From a virus (taxonomy: Duplodnaviria; Heunggongvirae; Uroviricota; Caudoviricetes): DNA of 64,000 bases. The stretch lies in the IMG/VR virus record IMGVR_UViG_3300031555_002904; one strand, written 5' to 3'. Below are positions 23,901 to 32,527 of this stretch, in pieces (positions within the stretch are counted from its first letter, which is position 1; every line of letters starts with the position of its first letter). The notes beneath the pieces are model-generated. The model was not told the origin of the DNA. It worked only from the letters and a program-made list of their open reading frames with translations, and did not search any database. The position numbers and the translations under genes were made by a program.

Positions 23901-26041
23901 TCAAAAACAAAGTTTCCACTATTAATTGTAAAGGCGTCAGGGTCAGTAGACTTAATAACACCAGTAATAACACCATTGATATAGATATATAAATATTTTA
24001 AGCTATCTTGATATACAAAACTTAAATTAATTAACTCATCTTCAACGAAGTTTACGTTAACAGTATTTTCACCGTTTGAGAAGAAAGCGTCCTGAGTGCC
24101 TACGCAGAAACCAGTAGCTTTAACATTGGTTGCATCATAATCATATAGACCTGCGGCAACATTAGTAATGTTAATATTCTTTTCAACAGTTTGGAATTTT
24201 AAATTATCATAAGTGTCTGGGTCTAAAGTTGCTTGTAAGTAAGCATCATAGTTAGAATAGCCAGTATCTTTTTGAGCTTTAAAAGCTTCATACCAAACAC
24301 CGTCACCTTGATAACGAGTAATATTGGTAATTAAATTATCATATTTTTGAACATTGCGAATGCGGAATTGCATTTCAACAGTGTGAGACTCTTGTCCACT
24401 AACACCGGCAGCAAATACCATCTGCTGGAATGGAATAGTTAATCTAGCACCATTACTAATTCTTAAACAAGACTGGTTAATGCTTGAATCCATCATCCAA
24501 CCGTTATTATACCAGTTAAAGTTTTCGAAAATGGCGTTTTTCTTTTCACCATTCAAAGTGTAGCTCCACAACTGTCTCTTAGCTGCGGACTCAGAATTAG
24601 AACGTCCAGTAGCAGAGAAGTCTAATAACAATCCTGCTTGCTCAACAGTCATATCACGATTAGGGTCTTTAACAACCTTAAACTCAATTTCTCTCTTTAC
24701 AAATTTTTCATCAGTCTCGCCGCAAGAAATTTGATAGCTATTTAAAGCATTCATTTCTGCATCAGCGATTTCCCAATAATCAAATTTAGAGAAATCCTTA
24801 ACTTCACGAGGAGAGCTTTCTAATTCAATATTATTTTTATACAAATGCACTTTAGTAGAGTTGGTATTTGCGGGGTCCCATACTAAGAATGGGATTTGAA
24901 TAGTATCGTAATTATAATATTCAGCCTTATAATCACCCAACCAAATTACTGGTTTAGCATTTGCGTTACTTGTTTCAATAACTGCGATTTCGTACTGTAG
25001 TGGAGCAACTCCTAAGCCTCTCTTAGGATTACTGGAAGTACCAGTGTTCTGCCACAGCTCAATACGAACAGTGTGATATCCGTGAGTTGCTTTGTCTGTA
25101 CCTACTGTAAATGTCTGAGTACTATTAGCTACGTTAGCCTCGATAACACGAGTTTCAGCAGGAGTATTCATATCATCATAGTAGAAATCTAAGACCTTAG
25201 ATAAAGAACCAACAACTCCGCACTTAATTTGGAATCCAGAAGTAGGATATCTAGTAGCTGGGTTATAACCGGAAACTTGAGATAACTTTAATGCAGAAGT
25301 TGATAAGTCAACAGTTCTAGTACGGCTCTTTTCGTCATGATTTGCACCTTGAACATAAACAGACAACACACTAGAAGAGGACTCTCTTAATAGAGAACCA
25401 ATTTCAATATAGTCATCAATAATACCGGGAACGCCCTCATAGTCAGATTCACCAGTCTTATAAGTACGAGTTTGAGTAGTATAGTTATCAATAACCTCGT
25501 CGGAAATACGAGTACCCAAAGAATATACAACATTCAATGTAGTATCTACAGGAGTCACACCATCTGCCTCTAAAGCAGACTCTGCATGGATATGGAAATA
25601 AGCCTCTTGACCATTAATGAAGTTAGTATTGTCAAGAGTTAAAGTGATTGATGGACGAGTAGTAGTAGAAACACCGGGACCACCGCCTGTGCCGCTAATA
25701 GAAAGCAATTCACAAGTATAGTTTTCTTCACCAATTAATTCAACTTTATAGAAACCGCCATCGGAATTTAAGATTAGGTCGCCTTTCTTAGGGTCGCCTT
25801 TAACAGCGCTCTTAGGAAGTGTTGCATAGCCCGTATCTTCATTTACTTCTGGTTTCTCAACTTCACCATAGTAAATTGCGGCGCCCGCAGAACCCATAAT
25901 AGTTCTTTGGCCCTGGCTATCGACATAAATCTTACCTGAGTCAGTAGCAAAATAAATCCATCCATCTTTTACTTCAGCACGCTGAATCTTACTGTCATAA
26001 CCACGGACGGGAATAAATTTTACGCCATAATTTTCACTCAT
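17990..26041 (-). CDS. Giant tail-associated protein (2683 aa): fibre head + LamG + CotH-kinase-like domain + LRR + Listeria-Bacteroides-type repeats + BspA-like LRR
   Basis: Uninterrupted ORF, TAA stop. LamG motif (YIYINGVITG...DIDLYKLRIYNSDL). CotH-type motifs QGTSSEFYPRRNYKIK, KVDYMESSGSYN, YDSRGKN and WYPIFYDIDTQLG. LRR runs (LTRLKLG, LKEVNFCN, LNTLYLP), FYGWST/FKGWT repeats, and LRVINNGAFESCP. Confidence 0.75.
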   Translation of the reverse strand: MSENYGVKFIPVRGYDSKIQRAEVKDGWIYFATDSGKIYVDSQGQRTIMGSAGAAIYYGEVEKPEVNEDTGYATLPKSAVKGDPKKGDLILNSDGGFYKVELIGEENYTCELLSISGTGGGPGVSTTTRPSITLTLDNTNFINGQEAYFHIHAESALEADGVTPVDTTLNVVYSLGTRISDEVIDNYTTQTRTYKTGESDYEGVPGIIDDYIEIGSLLRESSSSVLSVYVQGANHDEKSRTRTVDLSTSALKLSQVSGYNPATRYPTSGFQIKCGVVGSLSKVLDFYYDDMNTPAETRVIEANVANSTQTFTVGTDKATHGYHTVRIELWQNTGTSSNPKRGLGVAPLQYEIAVIETSNANAKPVIWLGDYKAEYYNYDTIQIPFLVWDPANTNSTKVHLYKNNIELESSPREVKDFSKFDYWEIADAEMNALNSYQISCGETDEKFVKREIEFKVVKDPNRDMTVEQAGLLLDFSATGRSNSESAAKRQLWSYTLNGEKKNAIFENFNWYNNGWMMDSSINQSCLRISNGARLTIPFQQMVFAAGVSGQESHTVEMQFRIRNVQKYDNLITNITRYQGDGVWYEAFKAQKDTGYSNYDAYLQATLDPDTYDNLKFQTVEKNINITNVAAGLYDYDATNVKATGFCVGTQDAFFSNGENTVNVNFVEDELINLSFVYQDSLKYLYIYINGVITGVIKSTDPDAFTINSGNFVFDSSNCDIDLYKLRIYNSDLNVNQIVQNFSVDRKNVKIFDQSNAYALAEENNNLKEFQFSYEAMLRYNEAHPNEPLMPYIIYDTGNATLPYSKDDTKYISVEFVNTNLERAYANGELETLARADGLIAEGETDSDKIKEGVRLYYKHHCPSWISTMTSGDKVEFAVQGTSSEFYPRRNYKIKTKVEGEFNWKPIADFTDKEKAELKPEELEKLNAESGLYMEEDSLNIFLNRGPYAEVFVSDKAKLAQDSKYLGHEECRCADGWYMNNYTNGTDRWTMKVDYMESSGSYNAGFASMVGNGYTKHPLQDYLALLNNTNKLEPVVDSSVIKGIQWGDYRTSLLGFPVMAFQKTGSGDNAKYTFIGFYRMLLDKSSTQVLGFKPSKKVTNKLFPKGLNDEGKMEYKAVRDVAECWEFSNNARGYCSYRDPWSRVELSFTPPTNSTVSNGGYNANEAPVVANSFEYRYHSKDDYIDILYNFKQATQGELDEVAEELGTGTIPKGDLEAGAKALLSTHTNWEKVCKWLWSTNLDAVVSQGTYSKVPVGDTAYEPGVYYVVDGDSYAISNADFDENTTYYVKSEVNYDVISLTAETYISGKYYILNADGEYVIDASTFDANKIYYEQVIEDRYIPVNVCPAEYVYVKGKFYVLTAGGNTVSTTDDVYALSNEEFAGGTTYYEFKDDTLDTLNSRFDLLIAPVDIENATYDANTQYYTWHGMDYDMNDAANGVVINPGHPTGAVRAVETPSQEDWAKGLYYVAAPKEYAGKVYTHDTKEYRAAKFTNEFEDHFDPEYVATYFVMTEVMELYDSRGKNCMMASWGPHEAGGEYIWYPIFYDIDTQLGINNTGIPSFEFNVDATEAGNFSTSDSILWNNFYKFFKDTWIVPKYRNLRGNDTPKFAKLLNADGTSKAPLQSVDYIEKWYTFNPDATNNIACEGERPLLATNLDMYFKYITICNPKAKEEGVAHLGGEGSGGAFAEPDTGTYFYALQGDRSQSRQQFVGNRLEYIDSWLTQGNYARGGANRLWGRISANNRSDLDSDITDVHSDKWTNSVDDPYWVNNVPFGTKTHEFDSEYWIEPTPIRSAYVTAGDDSMNYPSKKYDGIHKMQFVLNELENGIKNSDNYPEQLLYIYGTNQMSDFGDLSKMYWTEFKLEGKADKLTRLKLGHDGTTIDYKDSNASTKTEIGWYNKKLNGITVPTSLPLLKEVNFCNIGLVNETALDFSSSEKMENFRATGASNLTSVTFADGVALNTLYLPASVGSLALTQANLLTELIGHDEDHAYEIPTLNVTTDELEANPGLYLEGFFEGSSKMNTVKFIGGKLGYNSYIILKQLYTLNNNAGNANVTMTDVEWCPYTHLTEGDVFDASKKYYIDNGHYGFTLYNPDGYVYNEKQFNIDVLSGGLYRDDGHGGRTEAGEFAADITNVADDAITMLTNLYSNPRFKDASGLNRPNITGVIYINNTTPIEESSIQDTLQMYYPNLTFFFANVTPAYSAKFVLVDKDTGAEGFVDYLSSDGYGPSVQKISQEAMAGDSTLWFTNPYSLYKVERAHWDFYGWSTSSNAADKSKIIYGDINDDMTDAEKIAAHNVAWMAAKSKLFAADKFDYPFYAILTEHEYEAVFLDYFDPTYRQVAKVAYSDKGSYMNDNVPAPVNLTADDLYMRNAFKGWTNDIEKAKVIYGENVPDEELPLINVSMYPATRDYTFYAVYKKESVFANVTDPVKYFNYTVGSSYTDAYGEGGTYDYSNGYILSLKPEYKNGFLKGKITLPTRTPSGIDGVTAGQPIYEYRGFTEDEYITHIFFDSAATCEVRIIYNNFFARMKALKYVDFPAMKKLRVINNGAFESCPYFSNFTFCDPLVLIQTYAFSATGNLAEPVDCVLNPMLRDILGGAISWGIALKTLTIGAENSPSQLTQEKWLKNKRDVACIENGQGSRPSVVTIYCPSGMETTWNDWIVGGANGQPFVTVDSIDNISIVGK
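21590..22320 (-). repeat. Imperfect Tyr-rich coding repeats ((F/Y)D/ExxxxYY) inside the giant protein
   Basis: AYEPGVYY, DFDENTTYY, TYISGKYY, TFDANKIYY, YVKGKFY, EFAGGTTYY, TYDANTQYY, DWAKGLYY. Confidence 0.7.
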
Positions 26042-26072
26042 TTATTTAAACTCCTTTCTTTCCTTTATAAAC

Positions 26073-26111
26073 AAAAAAATAGGTGAGAAGAATAATCTTC
26101 TTCCCACCTAT
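26073..26111 (-). terminator. Rho-independent terminator
   Basis: ATAGGTGGGAAGAAG / CTTCTCACCTAT stem followed by T7 on the minus strand. Confidence 0.8.
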
Positions 26112-26174
26112 TAGATTATCCTCTATTTTTAATTAAAAATCGAAATAATCTTCTTAATACCTTTTGTCCTCAAA

Positions 26175-27896
26175 TTAGAAAGTGCCCCAAACCAGAGACA
26201 TCTGAACGCTAGAGCCAGAGCTACTTACCTGCAAGTTACTATGAGTAGACTCAACATAGAAAGTAGCAGTTTGCTCACTCTTTTGATTCTTAGAGCCAGT
26301 TACTTGACCCTTAATAGAAACAGTAGCCTTAGTCTTAGCAGTGTCACTAGATACACTGGAAGTCATTCCAGTTAAACGAGCATTAGTATCATAGACTTTA
26401 ACGGTCTTGGTATATACTTTCTGTACATGACCATAATTGTCTCTATCAATACCATTTTCGCCCTTAGAGGCATCAATAATAACAATATCTTCTGACTTAG
26501 CAACATAATCGGTGCCAAGAGTAGGATTATTTAAAGTACCAGTGGTATCTCTAGCTGGGTCAGTAGTACTTACCGCATTATGATTAATAGTCAGTGACAT
26601 TGCCTTAGAAGCAGTGTCTGAACTTGGACTTACAGTAATACAATTTCCACTTAATACAGAAATAGAGCCAGCATTAGTACCAGTAGTAGTGCCAGTTTTC
26701 TTTTCTAATAATTGAATACCACCACCATTTGCTGGAGTCAATAAACCAACAGAGTAAGTGGTATCTTCATTACCAGAAGGAACATAACCCCATTGTACAG
26801 TAGTTAAGAATCCATTGGTACCTTCAGTGCCTTCTGCAATCAATAAGTCACCAGGCTGTACTGTAATCTCTTCAGTACCAGTATCGGTTTTAACTGTTAC
26901 ATCAAAAGCTTGACCAACTTTATAAGTATAACCTTTCTTAATGGAACCAGTAGGAATGCTATTAACAACACCCTGATATTCCATTGCGTCAAAGTCTGCT
27001 CTTAAAGCATCAACTTCTGCTTTAGTATATACATCTAAAGTCGCAGTACCATTGCTGAACTTAGCAGTAGAAGTGCCACTACCACCATATTTAATTGCAG
27101 GATTAAATGTGCTACTAGAACTTCTATTAGCAGTATCTTTAACTGTTACAGTAAATCCACCAGGCTTATTGGTCTCATCTTTGGGGTCCCAAGCATGAGC
27201 GGTTGCTGTATGAGTGTTACCATCTAATTTAGTGTCAGCAGCAGTGATTCCAATTACGCCATTATCTTCGCTAACAGTAACATTGGTACCACCCTGAATA
27301 ACAACTGCACTTTGCTGTACGCCAGCTTCATTAACTAACTTAATCTTTGCAGCATTATCTTGAGCCATATTTTCGCTGGCTAATTTAGTACCATATACTT
27401 CAATAGTACCATCTGTTGTACCTTCAACAATAGTAATACCATTTTTACCAGTTAAAGAGAAAGCGAAAGAAGGTTTTCTATTACCTTCACCAATTTCTGT
27501 TAAAGTAGTTGTTACAGTAACAGTTCCTGTCTGCTCTCCTGTGACTAGACCGCCATAAGTATAATTGGTATCTGTATTGGCATTAATTTGAACCCAATTT
27601 TGACCATTGGAAACAGCTAAAATAGAATCAGCTGTAATATAAACGAATTGACCAGCATTTAAAGCAGTTGCAGTTGGTAAGACCTCCACGGTAGCGTAAG
27701 TAGTAATACCTTCATTAACAGCTTCGATGCTACCATCACTTAAACCAACATATAATCTATGAGTATCATTGGTTAAGTAGAAAGTGCCGCTTTCGCCAGA
27801 ACGGGCGGTTCTCTTAGCATCTAATGCGGTTTGTAAACCATGTAAAAACTTAATCTGAGAATTATCAGCAATAGTGATAACATTAGTATCTGCCAT
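26175..27896 (-). CDS. Tail fibre protein (573 aa)
   Basis: N-terminal IKFLHG...GTFYLTNDTHRLYVG (hyaluronidase/Mtd-N-like fibre head) and a Thr/Gly-rich body. TAA stop, no TAG. Confidence 0.75.
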   Translation of the reverse strand: MADTNVITIADNSQIKFLHGLQTALDAKRTARSGESGTFYLTNDTHRLYVGLSDGSIEAVNEGITTYATVEVLPTATALNAGQFVYITADSILAVSNGQNWVQINANTDTNYTYGGLVTGEQTGTVTVTTTLTEIGEGNRKPSFAFSLTGKNGITIVEGTTDGTIEVYGTKLASENMAQDNAAKIKLVNEAGVQQSAVVIQGGTNVTVSEDNGVIGITAADTKLDGNTHTATAHAWDPKDETNKPGGFTVTVKDTANRSSSSTFNPAIKYGGSGTSTAKFSNGTATLDVYTKAEVDALRADFDAMEYQGVVNSIPTGSIKKGYTYKVGQAFDVTVKTDTGTEEITVQPGDLLIAEGTEGTNGFLTTVQWGYVPSGNEDTTYSVGLLTPANGGGIQLLEKKTGTTTGTNAGSISVLSGNCITVSPSSDTASKAMSLTINHNAVSTTDPARDTTGTLNNPTLGTDYVAKSEDIVIIDASKGENGIDRDNYGHVQKVYTKTVKVYDTNARLTGMTSSVSSDTAKTKATVSIKGQVTGSKNQKSEQTATFYVESTHSNLQVSSSGSSVQMSLVWGTF

Positions 27897-27913
27897 TATA
27901 GTTTTCCCCTTTC

Positions 27914-29431
27914 TTAAGCATTAATTTTAATTTCACCCCAAGTAATAGCTTCTTGAATTTCTTTTACCTGAGTGTGAAGTGTCTTTTGATTTTGTTGTAA
28001 TTCTTCAAGGTTACCAACTGTAGCTTGGAAAATTTCAGTAGTAACATATTTAGTTAAATCAATTGCATTTACCTTAGTTTTTAAATCACTAACATCTTTT
28101 TGCAATAAAGTAATAGCATTACCCTACGTTGCTACCGTACCTTCTAAGGTTAAAATTTTTCCTGCATTAGTTGAAATATTATCAGTGTTAGTTTGAACAG
28201 CAACACTTAAATTATTTACTTTAGTAATCAAACCAGGAGTAACAATACCATCAATCTCTGTATCATTCAATACATTTTCAATGGTAATAATTTTATTACC
28301 TTGAGTTTGAATATTAGCAGTATTACCTTGAATAATTTGAATATGTTCATCTGTGAAATCATTAGAAGATAATCCTTTACCCTCTTCTTTATTTACCTTC
28401 GCGTCCAAAAGTGATTGTAAATTTTGAACTTGTGCAACAGTAATTCCTTGCAATAAAAGCTTACCAGCTTCAACTGCAAAATTTGTAGAATCAACAGATG
28501 TAATATAATTCTTTTGCGCGCCTTCCTAAATGCCTTCTAATTTAGCTTTCTCTTCATCAGAAATTAAAGAATAGCCTTCTTCAGCATCAACTTTCTTATT
28601 AAGTTCGGTTTGTAGCGCATTTTTAGTAACATAATTACTTAAATCAACTTCCCAAGAACCAACTTTTTCAGCATAACGAACTTCTGTACCAGTTTCATCC
28701 TCATAGATAATAACCATGTATTCATCATACTTGTCAGCTTCATCCTCAGGAGAAGTTAATACCATATAAATATATTGGTCAGCATCTGCGGCATTAACAT
28801 TAATATCATCCACAGAATTAACGATAATTCGCTTTAAATGACCAGCATCCGCAATCTTCTCATCAACTTCAGTTTTAGTATAAGTATTCTTTTGTAAATC
28901 GCTTACAGAAGTTTGTAAAGAAGATAACTAACTGCCTAAACCTTCAATGGTAGTTGGGTTTGGTTGATACCAAGCTAATACCATTTGTCCATTTTCGCTG
29001 GCGACTTTTGGCTCTAAACCACTAATCCAAGGATTCTCATCGTCAACGACTTGAAGGACATATTCAGCTTCAGTAGTTTCAGTTGCGGCAACATATTTAT
29101 AATATTGCACACCCCAGTTCTTTAAGGCAATAATTTCATTGCTAATAACAATAGAAGAATTATCTCCTTTTAAAGATGGAATATCAACAGATGCTCCAAT
29201 CTCTTGGAGTTCACCTGCGGTATTTAGAATGATATACGCAGTAGCGGTGCCTGCGGCCTCGTCTACTAAACCTAGAATCTGACCTACATATGCGACAGGG
29301 TCGGTTTGCGCATATAATTCCATTGCATCATAAGAGTACCAAATTTCACTTTTATCAAGAGGAATTGGATTACCTCTCGCAACATTCATAGGAAGGCCCA
29401 TGAAGTTGCCGTCTTTTTTAATTACAGCCAT
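27914..29431 (-). CDS. Tail fibre / collar protein with coiled coil (505 aa, table 15)
   Basis: Four track ORFs join through TAGs at 28928, 28526 and 28124. KLEGI[Q]EGAQKN and KEEGKGLSSNDFT are common fibre-neck motifs. TAA stop. Confidence 0.8.
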
Positions 29432-29445
29432 ATCTCAGGTCCTCC

Positions 29446-30927
29446 TTATCCAATTGTAACACTATGCACTTCTGTACTTGCAATAGAAGCAGGTGCATAA
29501 ATCCAAATATTATAATCGACTGCAGTATATCCATTTGCACCTTCAACCTCAACAGTTGCGGTTTGTTTTACATAATCTGCAGTAGCATCTGCATTCATAC
29601 TTGAAGTAATAATTGCAGATGTAACGCTCTTACCACCGCTCACAGGAAGCGCAATAATATAACGCTTCATACCAGCTAAATCACTTGCGGCCCAAGTAAT
29701 AGTTCTATTAGAAGCGCCGTTGCCTTTTCCAGCTAAATTGTCTCGGATAAAAGCAGAAGTTAATTCACTTCCAGTAGAATCTCCACCAGCGAAACATTGT
29801 CTATATCCAGTAATGGATTTAGAAGTTTTAGAACTGGTGGTTCCAGCTTTAATTTGTCCATCAGCATATTCCTTGCCTAAATTGGTAGAAGGAATAATAC
29901 CATCTGAATAAGTAGCTGTTGCAGTCATTTTATAATTCATATTATCAATAACTTGAATTTCTTCCATTGTACCACTTTGAGTAGTACGAGTGGTTGTTCC
30001 ATCACTAACATTCCATCCAGTAGCAGTAACACCAGTGCTTGTATTATAAGTATAAGAGCCGCTATTGAAACTTAATGCATATTCTGGAGTTACTTTAGTT
30101 CCAACTTCATAAGAAGCATCACTAGAAGGTTTAGTGAAAGCAATAGAGGGTTTTGTCGTAGTAGGATTTTGTTCTTCTGCAAAAATACTTGCTAAGAAAT
30201 CCTTAATATTCATTCCTGCGGCATCCACTACTTTACTACCAGTAGAAGGAATAGTGACTGTACCAACTGGAGTTGTAAATGTGAAATCAGAATCAAAATA
30301 CACATTTTCAGCATTATAGTTTCCATCCATGGCTGCCCATGTAGAACCATTATATACATAAGAAGTATATTGCCATTTATCATTGATAATAATATCTTTA
30401 ATAATGATAATATCACCAGCACATGGCAACCATCCTTGTGTGGTTTGGTCAATTAACTCTTGATGCATGACTTCACTATCTTCATTTTCAATAGTGATAA
30501 TAGTTGCTTCTGAACTGTCAATAGATACCCAAGTGCCGTCACTACGTAAAAACTTATTGGTTTCTCCATATCCAGGAGCAGGAACAAGTCCAGCTGTACC
30601 TGCGGCATCTTTACTAGCACCGATAAAAACAGAAATAGCTTGTTCTAATGTAGAATCAACCCATTTACCAGAAGCAGTATCATATACTAAAATAGACTTA
30701 TCAGCTAAATCTGTACTTAAAGCAATATCAGTTAATTCACTTAAACTAATTTTACCTGCGGCTCCCCCTCCGCCCGCAATTAGCTTTTCACCCAAATATA
30801 AAACCGCATTAGTTGAATCTGCTTCGGAAATAAAATACAGAGTATCAACATTTGGTTTCTCTGGACTGGCTAAAAGCATTTCATAGGCTTTTGGAGTACC
30901 ACGCATAAATTTTACATAATTTGCCAA
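29446..30927 (-). CDS. Tail fibre protein (493 aa)
   Basis: TTG start after GAAAGGAG. N-terminus YVKFMRG...DTLYFISE; AGTAGLVPAP...KFLRSDGTW fibre motif. TAA stop, no TAG. Confidence 0.75.
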   Translation of the reverse strand: MANYVKFMRGTPKAYEMLLASPEKPNVDTLYFISEADSTNAVLYLGEKLIAGGGGAAGKISLSELTDIALSTDLADKSILVYDTASGKWVDSTLEQAISVFIGASKDAAGTAGLVPAPGYGETNKFLRSDGTWVSIDSSEATIITIENEDSEVMHQELIDQTTQGWLPCAGDIIIIKDIIINDKWQYTSYVYNGSTWAAMDGNYNAENVYFDSDFTFTTPVGTVTIPSTGSKVVDAAGMNIKDFLASIFAEEQNPTTTKPSIAFTKPSSDASYEVGTKVTPEYALSFNSGSYTYNTSTGVTATGWNVSDGTTTRTTQSGTMEEIQVIDNMNYKMTATATYSDGIIPSTNLGKEYADGQIKAGTTSSKTSKSITGYRQCFAGGDSTGSELTSAFIRDNLAGKGNGASNRTITWAASDLAGMKRYIIALPVSGGKSVTSAIITSSMNADATADYVKQTATVEVEGANGYTAVDYNIWIYAPASIASTEVHSVTIG

Positions 30928-30992
30928 AATATTCTCTCCTTTCTTAAAAGTATATTATATCTTAATTTCTTAAAAGAAAGAAATTACGCATA

Positions 30993-32180
30993 TTAGCTTC
31001 TCTTTGGAGGCTCATAATCGGTAAACTTACCATCTAAATAATCTTCAATAGCAATAATACGAGAATAGAAGTTACGCATTTCATTATCTAAATCAGTATT
31101 ATTAGAAGATAATTTTTCAAGTACTGCAGAAAGAGCTCCTGATAAAGATTGATAATTTTGAGTTGTTCCTGTAAAAGCCTTAACCCAAGCATTAAAAGAA
31201 TCTTCTTTTGCGGCTTGGTCTCCTCTACCAAACTCAGCATCAGTACCAACCATTTCATTTGCTCTTTGTACATCTTTTATAGCATCTTCTAAATCTTCAG
31301 TTAAAGTCTCAATATCTCCTGCCATATTTTCAAGGTCGCCTTGAATTTCAGCAACAGTATTTTCTAATACTTCAATACGAGAATCAACTTCACTAATTGG
31401 TAATTGATAATAAATTTTTTCTAATGTAGTTAAATGACCCGCTTTATCGTAAACCGTATGATAAGTTGAAATAAAATCACCAGGTTGCAATACAATTTCA
31501 ACTTCATATTGAGTACCATCTTTACTACCTTCGTATAAAAATGGAGTAAAGTCAGGCTCTTCGTTGTCATTGAAGTTTGTTTTATGCTAAAAAGTTAATT
31601 TATTTTTTGCGTCATTTAATAATAGTTCAATTAAACCATCTGTGTTCGCAAAATGGAATTTCTTTTCAGCTGTTAGAACTAAGTCATTACCAGATTGATT
31701 AATTTGAATCAATTGCTCTGGCATTTTAAAATAGGTTGGCTCTATATGGTCCTCACCTACGAAATGTCCTGCCTAATCAAAGGCAGGACAAGCAATCTTA
31801 AAGCATTCTCCACTCTCAAGGGTTTCAATTGTTGCGCCTTGAGGTGGAACTGTTATTTCAAAAATTGGGAGAGTATAGGTGTTTTCCAAGCTTGGTTTAT
31901 TATGAAAAATTGAAAAACCAACATAAGTTGTTTTTTCATCCCCCTAAGAATCAATTGGCGCAAATTTAATCCAATGATTTGCTGCATTAAATCTAAATGT
32001 GGCAAAATCTTCATTGGGTTGAATATATGCCTTCATAGTCGAATCAATTGTCATTTGATTTTCATATGGAGGGGAAGTGTTAAAAATATTATCAATTGAG
32101 AAATGTTTATTCTCAAGAGTGAAATTTAAGAAGAACTATTGAAAATCTTGCCATCGCATCTAACCATAAAAGCTGCTCAT
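30993..32180 (-). CDS. Tail-associated structural protein (395 aa, table 15)
   Basis: The ATG overlaps the upstream TGA. Reads MSSFYG[Q]MRWQDFQ[Q]FF...; five TAGs link it in frame to track ORF 30993..31490. C-terminal coiled coil, TAA stop. Confidence 0.75.
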
Positions 32181-32515
32181 TCGATAGTACCTCCTTCATA
32201 TATAATATCAATAATAATTCCATTATCTTCATTTACTAATGCTAGTGTATCATCACTAAACATAATGCTTGTAATATAACCATAACCAGTAACATCTATC
32301 TCGTAGATGCCAGTTTTTCCAATTTGAATTGGATTATCACAACGATTCAAAAAAAATGTAGTCCCTGGAGAAGCTTGTAAACCCAAATGAGTAATGGAAC
32401 CCTTACTGGTTTGATTAAAAATTTCACCATTGGTTAATTGTACTGCATTTAGAGTTTTCGGATAATTCTTATCAGAATTACCATAATAACGATATTGATA
32501 TATCTTTTTCATCAA
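32177..32515 (-). CDS. Small beta-rich baseplate/tail protein (112 aa)
   Basis: Intact ORF with RBS; TGA overlaps the next ATG. Function inferred from position. Confidence 0.7.
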   Translation of the reverse strand: MMKKIYQYRYYGNSDKNYPKTLNAVQLTNGEIFNQTSKGSITHLGLQASPGTTFFLNRCDNPIQIGKTGIYEIDVTGYGYITSIMFSDDTLALVNEDNGIIIDIIYEGGTIE

Positions 32516-32527
32516 ACCTCTCCTCTC

